DNA from: the human T2T-CHM13v2.0 reference genome, Homo sapiens
Strand: one strand, 5' to 3'
DNA length: 64,000 bases
Assembly: GCF_009914755.1 (NCBI RefSeq)
Contig: NC_060931.1
Below are positions 12,901 through 27,100 of this stretch, one piece after another. A program made the translations under genes and the position numbers. The notes below the pieces were generated by a model. The model was not told where the DNA came from. It saw only the letters and a program-made list of their open reading frames with translations, and searched no databases. Each line of letters begins with the position of its first letter. Positions within the stretch are counted from its first letter, which is position 1.

Positions 12901-15900
12901 GGAAACGGGATTTCTTCATTGAATGCTAGACGGAAGAATTCTCAGTAAATTCTTTGTGTTGTGTGCATTCAACTCACAGAGTGGAACGTCCCTTTAGACA
13001 GAGCAGATTTGAAACACTTTTTGGCGGAATTTGCAAGTGGAGATTTTTAGCCATTTGATGCCAACAGTAGAAAGGGAAATATCTTCAAATAAAAACCAGA
13101 CAGAATCATTCTCAGAAAATTCTTTGTGATGTGTGCGTTCAACTCACATAGTTTAACCTTTCTTTTCATAGAGCAGTTTGGAAACACTCTGTTTGTAAAG
13201 TCTGCAAGTGGATATATGGACCGCATTGAGGCCTTCGTTGGAAACGGGATTTCTTCATTTCATGCTAGACAGAAGAATTCTCAGTAACTTCTTTGTGCTG
13301 TGTGTATTCAACTCACAGAGTGGAACGTCCCTTTACACAGAGCAGATTTGAAACACTCTTTTTGTGGAGTTTGCAAGTGGAGATTTCAAGCGATTTGATG
13401 CCAACAGTAGAAAAGGAAATATCTTCAAATAAAAACTAGACAGAATCATTCTCAGAAACTACTTTGTGATGTGTGCCTTCAACTCACAGAGTTTAACCTT
13501 TCTTTTCTTAGAGCAGTTTAGAAACACTCTGCTTGTTATGTCTGCAAGTGGATATTTGGACCTCTTTGAGGCCTTCGTTGCAAACGGGGTTTCTTCCTTT
13601 AATGCTAGACTAAGAAGAGTTCTCAGTAACTTTTTTGTGTTGTGTGTATTCAACTCACAGAGTTGAACCTTGCTTTAGAGAGAGCAGATTTGAAACACTC
13701 TCGCTGTGGAATTTTCAGGTGGAGATTTCAAGCGATTTGAGGACAATTGCAGAAAAGGAAATATCTTCGTATAATAACCAGACAGAATCATTCTCAGAAA
13801 GTGCTTTGTGATGTGTGCGTTCAACTCACAGAGTTTAACCTTTCTTTTCATAGAGGAGTTTGGAAACACACTGTTTGTAATGTCTGCAATTGGATATATG
13901 GACCTGTTTGAGGCCTTCGTTGGAAACGGGATTTCTTCATTGAATGCTAGACGGAAGAATTCTCAGTAAATTCTTTGTGTTGTGTGCATTCAACTCACAG
14001 AGTGGAACGTCCCTTTAGACAGAGCAGATTTGAAACACTTTTTGGCGGAATTTGCAAGTGGAGATTTTTAGCCATTTGATGCCAACAGTAGAAAGGGAAA
14101 TATCTTCAAATAAAAACCAGACAGAATCATTCTCAGAAAATTCTTTGTGATGTGTGCGTTCAACTCACATAGTTTAACCTTTCTTTTCATAGAGCAGTTT
14201 GGAAACACTCTGTTTGTAAAGTCTGCAAGTGGATATATGGACCGCATTGAGGCCTTCGTTGGAAACGGGATTTCTTCATTTCATGCTAGACAGAAGAATT
14301 CTCAGTAACTTCTTTGTGCTGTGTGTATTCAACTCACAGAGTGGAACGTCCCTTTACACAGAGCAGATTTGAAACACTCTTTTTGTGGAGTTTGCAAGTG
14401 GAGATTTCAAGCGATTTGATGCCAACAGTAGAAAAGGAAGTATCTTCAAATAAAAACTAGACAGAATCATTCTCAGAAACTACTTTGTGATGTGTGCCTT
14501 CAACTCACCGAGTTTAACCTTTCTTTTCTGAGAGCAGCTTAGAAACACTCTGCTTGTTATGTCTGCAAGTTGATATTTGGACCTCTTTGAGGCCTTCGTT
14601 GCAAACGGGGTTTCTTCCTTTCATGCTAGACTAAGAAGAGTTCTCAGTAACTTTTTTGTGTTGTGTGTATTCAACTCACAGAGTTGAACCTTGCTTTAGA
14701 GAGAGCAGATTTGAAACACTCTTGCTGTGGCATTTTCAGGTGGAGATTTCAAGCGATTTGAGGACAATTGCAGAAAAGGAAATATCTTCGTATAATAACC
14801 AGACAGAATCATTCTCAGAAAGTGCTTTGTGATGTGTGCGTTCAACTCACAGAGTTTAACCTTTCTTTTCATAGAGGAGTTTGGAAACACACTGTTTGTA
14901 ATGTCTGCAATTGGATATATGGACCTGTTTGAGGCCTTCGTTGGAAACGGGATTTCTTCATTGAATGCTAGACGGAAGAATTCTCAGTAAATTCTTTGTG
15001 TTGTGTGCATTCAACTCACAGAGTGGAACGTCCCTTTAGACAGAGCAGATTTGAAACACTTTTTGGCGGAATTTGCAAGTGGAGATTTCTAGCCATTTGA
15101 TGCCAACAGTAGAAAGGGAAATATCTTCAAATAAAAACCAGACAGAATCATTCTCAGAAAATTCTTTGTGATGTGTGCGTTCAACTCACATAGTTTAACC
15201 TTTCTTTTCATAGAGCAGTTTGGAAACACTCTGTTTGTAAAGTCTGCAAGTGGATATATGGACCGCATTGAGGCCTTCGTTGGAAACGGGATTTCTTCAT
15301 TTCATGCTAGACAGAAGAATTCTCAGTAACTTCTTTGTGCTGTGTGTATTCAACTCACAGAGTGGAACGTCCCTTTACACAGAGCAGATTTGAAACACTC
15401 TTTTTGTGGAGTTTGCAAGTGGAGATTTCAAGCGATTTGATGCCAACAGTAGAAAAGGAAATATCTTCAAATAAAAACTAGACAGAATCATTCTCAGAAA
15501 CTACTTTGTGATGTGTGCCTTCAACTCACAGAGTTTAACCTTTCTTTTCTTAGAGCAGTTTAGAAACACTCTGCTTGTTATGTCTGCAAGTGGATATTTG
15601 GACCTCTTTGAGGCCTTCGTTGCAAACGGGGTTTCTTCCTTTCATGCTAGACTAAGAAGAGTTCTCAGTAACTTTTTTGTGTTGTGTGTATTCAACTCAC
15701 AGAGTTGAACCTTGCTTTAGAGAGAGCAGATTTGAAACACTCTTGCTGTGGCATTTTCAGGTGGAGATTTCAAGCGATTTGAGGACAATTGCAGAAAAGG
15801 AAATATCTTCGTATAATAACCAGACAGAATCATTCTCAGAAAGTGCTTTGTGATGTGTGCGTTCAACTCACAGAGTTTAACCTTTCTTTTCATAGAGGAG

Positions 15901-18900
15901 TTTGGAAACACACTGTTTGTAAAGTCTGCAAGTGGATATATGGACCTGTTTGAGGCCTTCGTTGGAAACGGGATTTCTTCATTGAATGCTAGACGGAAGA
16001 ATTCTCAGTAAATTCTTTGTGTTGTGTGCATTCAACTCACAGAGTGGAACGTCCCTTTAGACAGAGCAGATTTGAAACACTCTTTTTGCGGAATTTGCAA
16101 GTGGAGATTTCTAGCCATTTGATGCCAACAGTAGAAAGGGAAATATCTTCAAATAAAAACCAGACAGAATCATTCTCAGAAAATTCTTTGTGATGTGTGC
16201 GTTCAACTCACATAGTTTAACCTTTCTTTTCATAGAGCAGTTTGGAAACACTCTGTTTGTAAAGTCTGCAAGTGGATATATGGACCGCATTGAGGCCTTC
16301 GTTGGAAACGGGATTTCTTCATTTCATGCTAGACAGAAGAATTCTCAGTAACTTCTTTGTGCTGTGTGTATTCAACTCACAGAGTGGAACGTCCCTTTAC
16401 ACAGAGCAGATTTGAAACACTCTTTTTGTGGAGTTTGCAAGTGGAGATTTCAAGCGATTTGATGCCAACAGTAGAAAAGGAAATATCTTCAAATAAAAAC
16501 TAGACAGAATCATTCTCAGAAACTACTTTGTGATGTGTGCCTTCAACTCACAGAGTTTAACCTTTCTTTTCTGAGAGCAGCTTAGAAACACTCTGCTTGT
16601 TATGTCTGCAAGTTGATATTTGGACCTCTTTGAGGCCTTCGTTGCAAACGGGGTTTCTTCCTTTCATGCTAGACTAAGAAGAGTTCTCAGTAACTTTTTT
16701 GTGTTGTGTGTATTCAACTCACAGAGTTGAACCTTGCTTTAGAGAGAGCAGATTTGAAACACTCTTGCTGTGGCATTTTCAGGTGGAGATTTCAAGCGAT
16801 TTGAGGACAATTGCAGAAAAGGAAATATCTTCGTATAATAACCAGACAGAATCATTCTCAGAAAGTGCTTTGTGATGTGTGCGTTCAACTCACAGAGTTT
16901 AACCTTTCTTTTCATAGAGGAGTTTGGAAACACACTGTTTGTAAAGTCTGCAAGTGGATATATGGACCTGTTTGAGGCCTTCGTTGGAAACGGGATTTCT
17001 TCATTGAATGCTAGACGGAAGAATTCTCAGTAAATTCTTTGTGTTGTGTGCATTCAACTCACAGAGTGGAACGTCCCTTTAGACAGAGCAGATTTGAAAC
17101 ACTTTTTGGCGGAATTTGCCAGTGGAGATTTCTAGCCATTTGATGCCAACAGTAGAAAGGGAAATATCTTCAAATAAAAACCAGACAGAATCATTCTCAG
17201 AAAATTCTTTGTGATGTGTGCGTTCAACTCACATAGTTTAACCTTTCTTTTCATAGAGCAGTTTGGAAACACTCTGTTTGTAAAGTCTGCAAGTGGATAT
17301 ATGGACCGCATTGAGGCCTTCGTTGGAAACGGGATTTCTTCATTTCATGCTAGACAGAAGAATTCTCAGTAACTTCTTTGTGCTGTGTGTATTCAACTCA
17401 CAGAGTGGAACGTCCCTTTGCACAGAGCAGATTTGAAACACTCTTTTTGTGGAGTTTGCAAGTGGAGATTTCAAGCGATTTGATGCCAACAGTAGAAAAG
17501 GAAGTATCTTCAAATAAAAACTAGACAGAATCATTCTCAGAAACTACTTTGTGATGTGTGCCTTCAACTCACCGAGTTTAACCTTTCTTTTCTGAGAGCA
17601 GCTTAGAAACACTCTGCTTGTTATGTCTGCAAGTTGATATTTGGACCTCTTTGAGGCCTTCGTTGCAAACGGGGTTTCTTCCTTTCATGCTAGACTAAGA
17701 AGAGTTCTCAGTAACTTTTTTGTGTTGTGTGTATTCAACTCACAGAGTTGAACCTTGCTTTAGAGAGAGCAGATTTGAAACACTCTTGCTGTGGCATTTT
17801 CAGGTGGAGATTTCAAGCGATTTGAGGACAATTGCAGAAAAGGAAATATCTTCGTATAATAACCAGACAGAATCATTCTCAGAAAGTGCTTTGTGATGTG
17901 TGCGTTCAACTCACAGAGTTTAACCTTTCTTTTCATAGAGGAGTTTGGAAACACACTGTTTGTAATGTCTGCAATTGGATATATGGACCTGTTTGAGGCC
18001 TTCGTTGGAAACGGGATTTCTTCATTGAATGCTAGACGGAAGAATTCTCAGTAAATTCTTTGTGTTGTGTGCATTCAACTCACAGAGTGGAACGTCCCTT
18101 TAGACAGAGCAGATTTGAAACACTTTTTGGCGGAATTTGCAAGTGGAGATTTCTAGCCATTTGATGCCAACAGTAGAAAGGGAAATATCTTCAAATAAAA
18201 ACCAGACAGAATCATTCTCAGAAAATTCTTTGTGATGTGTGCGTTCAACTCACATAGTTTAACCTTTCTTTTCATAGAGCAGTTTGGAAACACTCTGTTT
18301 GTAAAGTCTGCAAGTGGATATATGGACCGCATTGAGGCCTTCGTTGGAAACGGGATTTCTTCATTTCATGCTAGACAGAAGAATTCTCAGTAACTTCTTT
18401 GTGCTGTGTGTATTCAACTCACAGAGTGGAACGTCCCTTTACACAGAGCAGATTTGAAACACTCTTTTTGTGGAGTTTGCAAGTGGAGATTTCAAGCGAT
18501 TTGATGCCAACAGTAGAAAAGGAAATATCTTCAAATAAAAACTAGACAGAATCATTCTCAGAAACTACTTTGTGATGTGTGCCTTCAACTCACAGAGTTT
18601 AACCTTTCTTTTCTTAGAGCAGTTTAGAAACACTCTGCTTGTTATGTCTGCAAGTGGATATTTGGACCTCTTTGAGGCCTTCGTTGCAAACGGGGTTTCT
18701 TCCTTTCATGCTAGACTAAGAAGAGTTCTCAGTAACTTTTTTGTGTTGTGTGTATTCAACTCACAGAGTTGAACCTTGCTTTAGAGAGAGCAGATTTGAA
18801 ACACTCTTGCTGTGGCATTTTCAGGTGGAGATTTCAAGCGATTTGAGGACAATTGCAGAAAAGGAAATATCTTCGTATAATAACCAGACAGAATCATTCT

Positions 18901-21900
18901 CAGAAAGTGCTTTGTGATGTGTGCGTTCAACTCACAGACTTTAACCTTTCTTTTCATAGAGGAGTTTGGAAACACACTGTTTGTAAAGTCTGCAAGTGGA
19001 TATATGGACCTGTTTGAGGCCTTCGTTGGAAACGGGATTTCTTCATTGAATGCTAGACGGAAGAATTCTCAGTAAATTCTTTGTGTTGTGTGCATTCAAC
19101 TCACAGAGTGGAACGTCCCTTTAGACAGAGCAGATTTGAAACACTCTTTTTGCGGAATTTGCAAGTGGAGATTTCTAGCCATTTGATGCCAACAGTAGAA
19201 AGGGAAATATCTTCAAATAAAAACCAGACAGAATCATTCTCAGAAAATTCTTTGTGATGTGTGCGTTCAACTCACATAGTTTAACCTTTCTTTTCATAGA
19301 GCAGTTTGGAAACACTCTGTTTGTAAAGTCTGCAAGTGGATATATGGACCGCATTGAGGCCTTCGTTGGAAACGGGATTTCTTCATTTCATGCTAGACAG
19401 AAGAATTCTCAGTAACTTCTTTGTGCTGTGTGTATTCAACTCACAGAGTGGAACGTCCCTTTACACAGAGCAGATTTGAAACACTCTTTTTGTGGAGTTT
19501 GCAAGTGGAGATTTCAAGCGATTTGATGCCAACAGTAGAAAAGGAAATATCTTCAAATAAAAACTAGACAGAATCATTCTCAGAAACTACTTTGTGATGT
19601 GTGCCTTCAACTCACAGAGTTTAACCTTTCTTTTCTTAGAGCAGTTTAGAAACACTCTGCTTGTTATGTCTGCAAGTGGATATTTGGACCTCTTTGAGGC
19701 CTTCGTTGCAAACGGGGTTTCTTCCTTTCATGCTAGACTAAGAAGAGTTCTCAGTAACTTTTTTGTGTTGTGTGTATTCAACTCACAGAGTTGAACCTTG
19801 CTTTAGAGAGAGCAGATTTGAAACACTCTTGCTGTGGCATTTTCAGGTGGAGATTTCAAGCGATTTGAGGACAATTGCAGAAAAGGAAATATCTTCGTAT
19901 AATAACCAGACAGAATCATTCTCAGAAAGTGCTTTGTGATGTGTGCGTTCAACTCACAGAGTTTAACCTTTCTTTTCATAGAGGAGTTTGGAAACACACT
20001 GTTTGTAAAGTCTGCAAGTGGATATATGGACCTGTTTGAGGCCTTCGTTGGAAACGGGATTTCTTCATTGAATGCTAGACGGAAGAATTCTCAGTAAATT
20101 CTTTGTGTTGTGTGCATTCAACTCACAGAGTGGAACGTCCCTTTAGACAGAGCAGATTTGAAACACTCTTTTTGCGGAATTTGCAAGTGGAGATTTCTAG
20201 CCATTTGATGCCAACAGTAGAAAGGGAAATATCTTCAAATAAAAACCAGACAGAATCATTCTCAGAAAATTCTTTGTGATGTGTGCGTTCAACTCACATA
20301 GTTTAACCTTTCTTTTCATAGAGCAGTTTGGAAACACTCTGTTTGTAAAGTCTGCAAGTGGATATATGGACCGCATTGAGGCCTTCGTTGGAAACGGGAT
20401 TTCTTCATTTCATGCTAGACAGAAGAATTCTCAGTAACTTCTTTGTGCTGTGTGTATTCAACTCACAGAGTGGAACGTCCCTTTGCACAGAGCAGATTTG
20501 AAACACTCTTTTTGTGGAGTTTGCAAGTGGAGATTTCAAGCGATTTGATGCCAACAGTAGAAAAGGAAGTATCTTCAAATAAAAACTAGACAGAATCATT
20601 CTCAGAAACTACTTTGTGATGTGTGCCTTCAACTCACCGAGTTTAACCTTTCTTTTCTGAGAGCAGCTTAGAAACACTCTGCTTGTTATGTCTGCAAGTT
20701 GATATTTGGACCTCTTTGAGGCCTTCGTTGCAAACGGGGTTTCTTCCTTTAATGCTAGACTAAGAAGAGTTCTCAGTAACTTTTTTGTGTTGTGTGTATT
20801 CAACTCACAGAGTTGAACCTTGCTTTAGAGAGAGCAGATTTGAAACACTCTTGCTGTGGCATTTTCAGGTGGAGATTTCAAGCGATTTGAGGACAATTGC
20901 AGAAAAGGAAATATCTTCGTATAATAACCAGACAGAATCATTCTCAGAAAGTGCTTTGTGATGTGTGCGTTCAACTCACAGAGTTTAACCTTTCTTTTCA
21001 TAGAGGAGTTTGGAAACACACTGTTTGTAATGTCTGCAATTGGATATATGGACCTGTTTGAGGCCTTCGTTGGAAACGGGATTTCTTCATTGAATGCTAG
21101 ACGGAAGAATTCTCAGTAAATTCTTTGTGTTGTGTGCATTCAACTCACAGAGTGGAACGTCCCTTTAGACAGAGCAGATTTGAAACACTTTTTGGCGGAA
21201 TTTGCAAGTGGAGATTTCTAGCCATTTGATGCCAACAGTAGAAAGGGAAATATCTTCAAATAAAAACCAGACAGAATCATTCTCAGAAAATTCTTTGTGA
21301 TGTGTGCGTTCAACTCACATAGTTTAACCTTTCTTTTCATAGAGCAGTTTGGAAACACTCTGTTTGTAAAGTCTGCAAGTGGATATATGGACCGCATTGA
21401 GGCCTTCGTTGGAAACGGGATTTCTTCATTTCATGCTAGACAGAAGAATTCTCAGTAACTTCTTTGTGCTGTGTGTATTCAACTCACAGAGTGGAACGTC
21501 CCTTTACACAGAGCAGATTTGAAACACTCTTTTTGTGGAGTTTGCAAGTGGAGATTTCAAGCGATTTGATGCCAACAGTAGAAAAGGAAATATCTTCAAA
21601 TAAAAACTAGACAGAATCATTCTCAGAAACTACTTTGTGATATGTGCCTTCAACTCACAGAGTTTAACCTTTCTTTTCTTAGAGCAGTTTAGAAACACTC
21701 TGCTTGTTATGTCTGCAAGTGGATATTTGGACCTCTTTGAGGCCTTCGTTGCAAACGGGGTTTCTTCCTTTCATGCTAGACTAAGAAGAGTTCTCAGTAA
21801 CTTTTTTGTGTTGTGTGTATTCAACTCACAGAGTTGAACCTTGCTTTAGAGAGAGCAGATTTGAAACACTCTTGCTGTGGCATTTTCAGGTGGAGATTTC

Positions 21901-23786
21901 AAGCGATTTGAGGACAATTGCAGAAAAGGAAATATCTTCGTATAATAACCAGACAGAATCATTCTCAGAAAGTGCTTTGTGATGTGTGCGTTCAACTCAC
22001 AGACTTTAACCTTTCTTTTCATAGAGGAGTTTGGAAACACACTGTTTGTAATGTCTGCAATTGGATATATGGACCTGTTTGAGGCCTTCGTTGGAAACGG
22101 GATTTCTTCATTGAATGCTAGACGGAAGAATTCTCAGTAAATTCTTTGTGTTGTGTGCATTCAACTCACAGAGTGGAACGTCCCTTTAGACAGAGCAGAT
22201 TTGAAACACTTTTTGGCGGAATTTGCAAGTGGAGATTTCTAGCCATTTGATGCCAACAGTAGAAAGGGAAATATCTTCAAATAAAAACCAGACAGAATCA
22301 TTCTCAGAAAATTCTTTGTGATGTGTGCGTTCAACTCACATAGTTTAACCTTTCTTTTCATAGAGCAGTTTGGAAACACTCTGTTTGTAAAGTCTGCAAG
22401 TGGATATATGGACCGCATTGAGGCCTTCGTTGGAAACGGGATTTCTTCATTTCATGCTAGACAGAAGAATTCTCAGTAACTTCTTTGTGCTGTGTGTATT
22501 CAACTCACAGAGTGGAACGTCCCTTTGCACAGAGCAGATTTGAAACACTCTTTTTGTGGAGTTTGCAAGTGGAGATTTCAAGCGATTTGATGCCAACAGT
22601 AGAAAAGGAAATATCTTCAAATAAAAACTAGACAGAATCATTCTCAGAAACTACTTTGTGATGTGTGCCTTCAACTCACAGAGTTTAACCTTTCTTTTCT
22701 TAGAGAAGCTTAGAAACACTCTGCTTGTTATGTCTGCAAGTGGATATTTGGACCTCTTTGAGGCCTTCGTTGCAAACGGGGTTTCTTCCTTTCATGCTAG
22801 ACTAAGAAGAGTTCTCAGTAACTTTTTTGTGTTGTGTGTATTCAACTCACAGAGTTGAACCTTGCTTTAGAGAGAGCAGATTTGAAACACTCTCGCTGTG
22901 GAATTTTCACGTGGAGATTTCAAGCGATTTGAGGACAATTGCAGAAAAGGAAATATCTTCGTATAATAACCAGACAGAATCATTCTCAGAAAGTGCTTTG
23001 TGATGTGTGCGTTCAACTCACAGAGTTTAACCTTTCTTTTCATAGAGGAGTTTGGAAACACACTGTTTGTAATGTCTGCAATTGGATATATGGACCTGTT
23101 TGAGGCCTTCGTTGGAAACGGGATTTCTTCATTGAATGCTAGACGGAAGGATTCTCAGTAAATTCTTTGTGTTGTGTGCATTCAACTCACAGAGTGGAAC
23201 GTCCCTTTAGACAGAGCAGATTTGAAACACTCTTTTTGCGGAATTTGCAAGTGGAGATATCTAGCCATTTGATGCCAACAGTAGAAAGGGAAATATCTTC
23301 AAATAAAAACCAGACAGAATCATTCTCAGAAAATTCTTTGTGATATGTGCGTTCAACTCACATAGTTTAACCTTTCTTTTCATAGAGCAGTTTGGAAACA
23401 CTCTGTTTGTAAAGTCTGCAAGTGGATATATGGACCGCATTGAGGCCTTCGTTGGAAACGGGATTTCTTCATTTCATGCTAGACAGAAGAATTCTCAGTA
23501 ACTTCTTTGTGCTGTGTGTATTCAACTCACAGAGTGGAACGTCCCTTTACACAGAGCAGATTTGAAACACTCTTTTTGTGGAGTTTGCAAGTGGAGATTT
23601 CAAGCGATTTGATGCCAACAGTAGAAAAGGAAATATCTTCAAATAAAAACTAGACAGAATCATTCTCAGAAACTACTTTGTGATGTGTGCCTTCAACTCA
23701 CAGAGTTTAACCTTTCTTTTCTTAGAGCAGTTTAGAAACACTCTGCTTGTTATGTCTGCAAGTGGATATTTGGACCTCTTTGAGGC

Positions 23787-23803
23787 CTTCTTTGCAAACG
23801 GGG
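23787..23803 (+). other. Disrupted CENP-B box 1 (HOR 24)
   Basis: CTTCTTTGCAAACGGGG: G>T at 23791 removes the core TTCG. Confidence 0.85.
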
Positions 23804-24104
23804 TTTCTTCCTTTCATGCTAGACTAAGAAGAGTTCTCAGTAACTTTTTTGTGTTGTGTGTATTCAACTCACAGAGTTGAACCTTGCTTTAGAGAGAGCA
23901 GATTTGAAACACTCTCGCTGTGGAATTTTCAGGTGGAGATTTCAAGCGATTTGAGGACAATTGCAGAAAAGGAAATATCTTCGTATAATAACCAGACAGA
24001 ATCATTCTCAGAAAGTGCTTTGTGATGTGTGCGTTCAACTCACAGAGTTTAACCTTTCTTTTCATAGAGGAGTTTGGAAACACACTGTTTGTAATGTCTG
24101 CAAT

Positions 24105-27100
24105 TGGATATATGGACCTGTTTGAGGCCTTCGTTGGAAACGGGATTTCTTCATTGAATGCTAGACGGAAGAATTCTCAGTAAATTCTTTGTGTTGTGTG
24201 CATTCAACTCACAGAGTGGAACGTCCCTTTAGACAGAGCAGATTTGAAACACTTTTTGGCGGAATTTGCAAGTGGAGATTTTTAGCCATTTGATGCCAAC
24301 AGTAGAAAGGGAAATATCTTCAAATAAAAACCAGACAGAATCATTCTCAGAAAATTCTTTGTGATGTGTGCGTTCAACTCACATAGTTTAACCTTTCTTT
24401 TCATAGAGCAGTTTGGAAACACTCTGTTTGTAAAGTCTGCAAGTGGATATATGGACCGCATTGAGGCCTTCGTTGGAAACGGGATTTCTTCATTTCATGC
24501 TAGACAGAAGAATTCTCAGTAACTTCTTTGTGCTGTGTGTATTCAACTCACAGAGTGGAACGTCCCTTTGCACAGAGCAGATTTGAAACACTCTTTTTGT
24601 GGAGTTTGCAAGTGGAGATTTCAAGCGATTTGATGCCAACAGTAGAAAAGGAAGTATCTTCAAATAAAAACTAGACAGAATCATTCTCAGAAACTACTTT
24701 GTGATGTGTGCCTTCAACTCACCGAGTTTAACCTTTCTTTTCTGAGAGCAGCTTAGAAACACTCTGCTTGTTATGTCTGCAAGTTGATATTTGGACCTCT
24801 TTGAGGCCTTCGTTGCAAACGGGGTTTCTTCCTTTAATGCTAGACTAAGAAGAGTTCTCAGTAACTTTTTTGTGTTGTGTGTATTCAACTCACAGAGTTG
24901 AACCTTGCTTTAGAGAGAGCAGATTTGAAACACTCTTGCTGTGGCATTTTCAGGTGGAGATTTCAAGCGATTTGAGGACAATTGCAGAAAAGGAAATATC
25001 TTCGTATAATAACCAGACAGAATCATTCTCAGAAAGTGCTTTGTGATGTGTGCGTTCAACTCACAGAGTTTAACCTTTCTTTTCATAGAGGAGTTTGGAA
25101 ACACACTGTTTGTAATGTCTGCAATTGGATATATGGACCTGTTTGAGGCCTTCGTTGGAAACGGGATTTCTTCATTGAATGCTAGACGGAAGAATTCTCA
25201 GTAAATTCTTTGTGTTGTGTGCATTCAACTCACAGAGTGGAACGTCCCTTTAGACAGAGCAGATTTGAAACACTTTTTGGCGGAATTTGCAAGTGGAGAT
25301 TTCTAGCCATTTGATGCCAACAGTAGAAAGGGAAATATCTTCAAATAAAAACCAGACAGAATCATTCTCAGAAAATTCTTTGTGATGTGTGCGTTCAACT
25401 CACATAGTTTAACCTTTCTTTTCATAGAGCAGTTTGGAAACACTCTGTTTGTAAAGTCTGCAAGTGGATATATGGACCGCATTGAGGCCTTCGTTGGAAA
25501 CGGGATTTCTTCATTTCATGCTAGACAGAAGAATTCTCAGTAACTTCTTTGTGCTGTGTGTATTCAACTCACAGAGTGGAACGTCCCTTTACACAGAGCA
25601 GATTTGAAACACTCTTTTTGTGGAGTTTGCAAGTGGAGATTTCAAGCGATTTGATGCCAACAGTAGAAAAGGAAATATCTTCAAATAAAAACTAGACAGA
25701 ATCATTCTCAGAAACTACTTTGTGATGTGTGCCTTCAACTCACAGAGTTTAACCTTTCTTTTCTTAGAGCAGTTTAGAAACACTCTGCTTGTTATGTCTG
25801 CAAGTGGATATTTGGACCTCTTTGAGGCCTTCGTTGCAAACGGGGTTTCTTCCTTTCATGCTAGACTAAGAAGAGTTCTCAGTAACTTTTTTGTGTTGTG
25901 TGTATTCAACTCACAGAGTTGAACCTTGCTTTAGAGAGAGCAGATTTGAAACACTCTTGCTGTGGCATTTTCAGGTGGAGATTTCAAGCGATTTGAGGAC
26001 AATTGCAGAAAAGGAAATATCTTCGTATAATAACCAGACAGAATCATTCTCAGAAAGTGCTTTGTGATGTGTGCGTTCAACTCACAGAGTTTAACCTTTC
26101 TTTTCATAGAGGAGTTTGGAAACACACTGTTTGTAAAGTCTGCAAGTGGATATATGGACCTGTTTGAGGCCTTCGTTGGAAACGGGATTTCTTCATTGAA
26201 TGCTAGACGGAAGAATTCTCAGTAAATTCTTTGTGTTGTGTGCATTCAACTCACAGAGTGGAACGTCCCTTTAGACAGAGCAGATTTGAAACACTCTTTT
26301 TGCGGAATTTGCAAGTGGAGATTTCTAGCCATTTGATGCCAACAGTAGAAAGGGAAATATCTTCAAATAAAAACCAGACAGAATCATTCTCAGAAAATTC
26401 TTTGTGATGTGTGCGTTCAACTCACATAGTTTAACCTTTCTTTTCATAGAGCAGTTTGGAAACACTCTGTTTGTAAAGTCTGCAAGTGGATATATGGACC
26501 GCATTGAGGCCTTCGTTGGAAACGGGATTTCTTCATTTCATGCTAGACAGAAGAATTCTCAGTAACTTCTTTGTGCTGTGTGTATTCAACTCACAGAGTG
26601 GAACGTCCCTTTACACAGAGCAGATTTGAAACACTCTTTTTGTGGAGTTTGCAAGTGGAGATTTCAAGCGATTTGATGCCAACAGTAGAAAAGGAAATAT
26701 CTTCAAATAAAAACTAGACAGAATCATTCTCAGAAACTACTTTGTGATGTGTGCCTTCAACTCACAGAGTTTAACCTTTCTTTTCTTAGAGCAGTTTAGA
26801 AACACTCTGCTTGTTATGTCTGCAAGTGGATATTTGGACCTCTTTGAGGCCTTCGTTGCAAACGGGGTTTCTTCCTTTCATGCTAGACTAAGAAGAGTTC
26901 TCAGTAACTTTTTTGTGTTGTGTGTATTCAACTCACAGAGTTGAACCTTGCTTTAGAGAGAGCAGATTTGAAACACTCTTGCTGTGGCATTTTCAGGTGG
27001 AGATTTCAAGCGATTTGAGGACAATTGCAGAAAAGGAAATATCTTCGTATAATAACCAGACAGAATCATTCTCAGAAAGTGCTTTGTGATGTGTGCGTTC

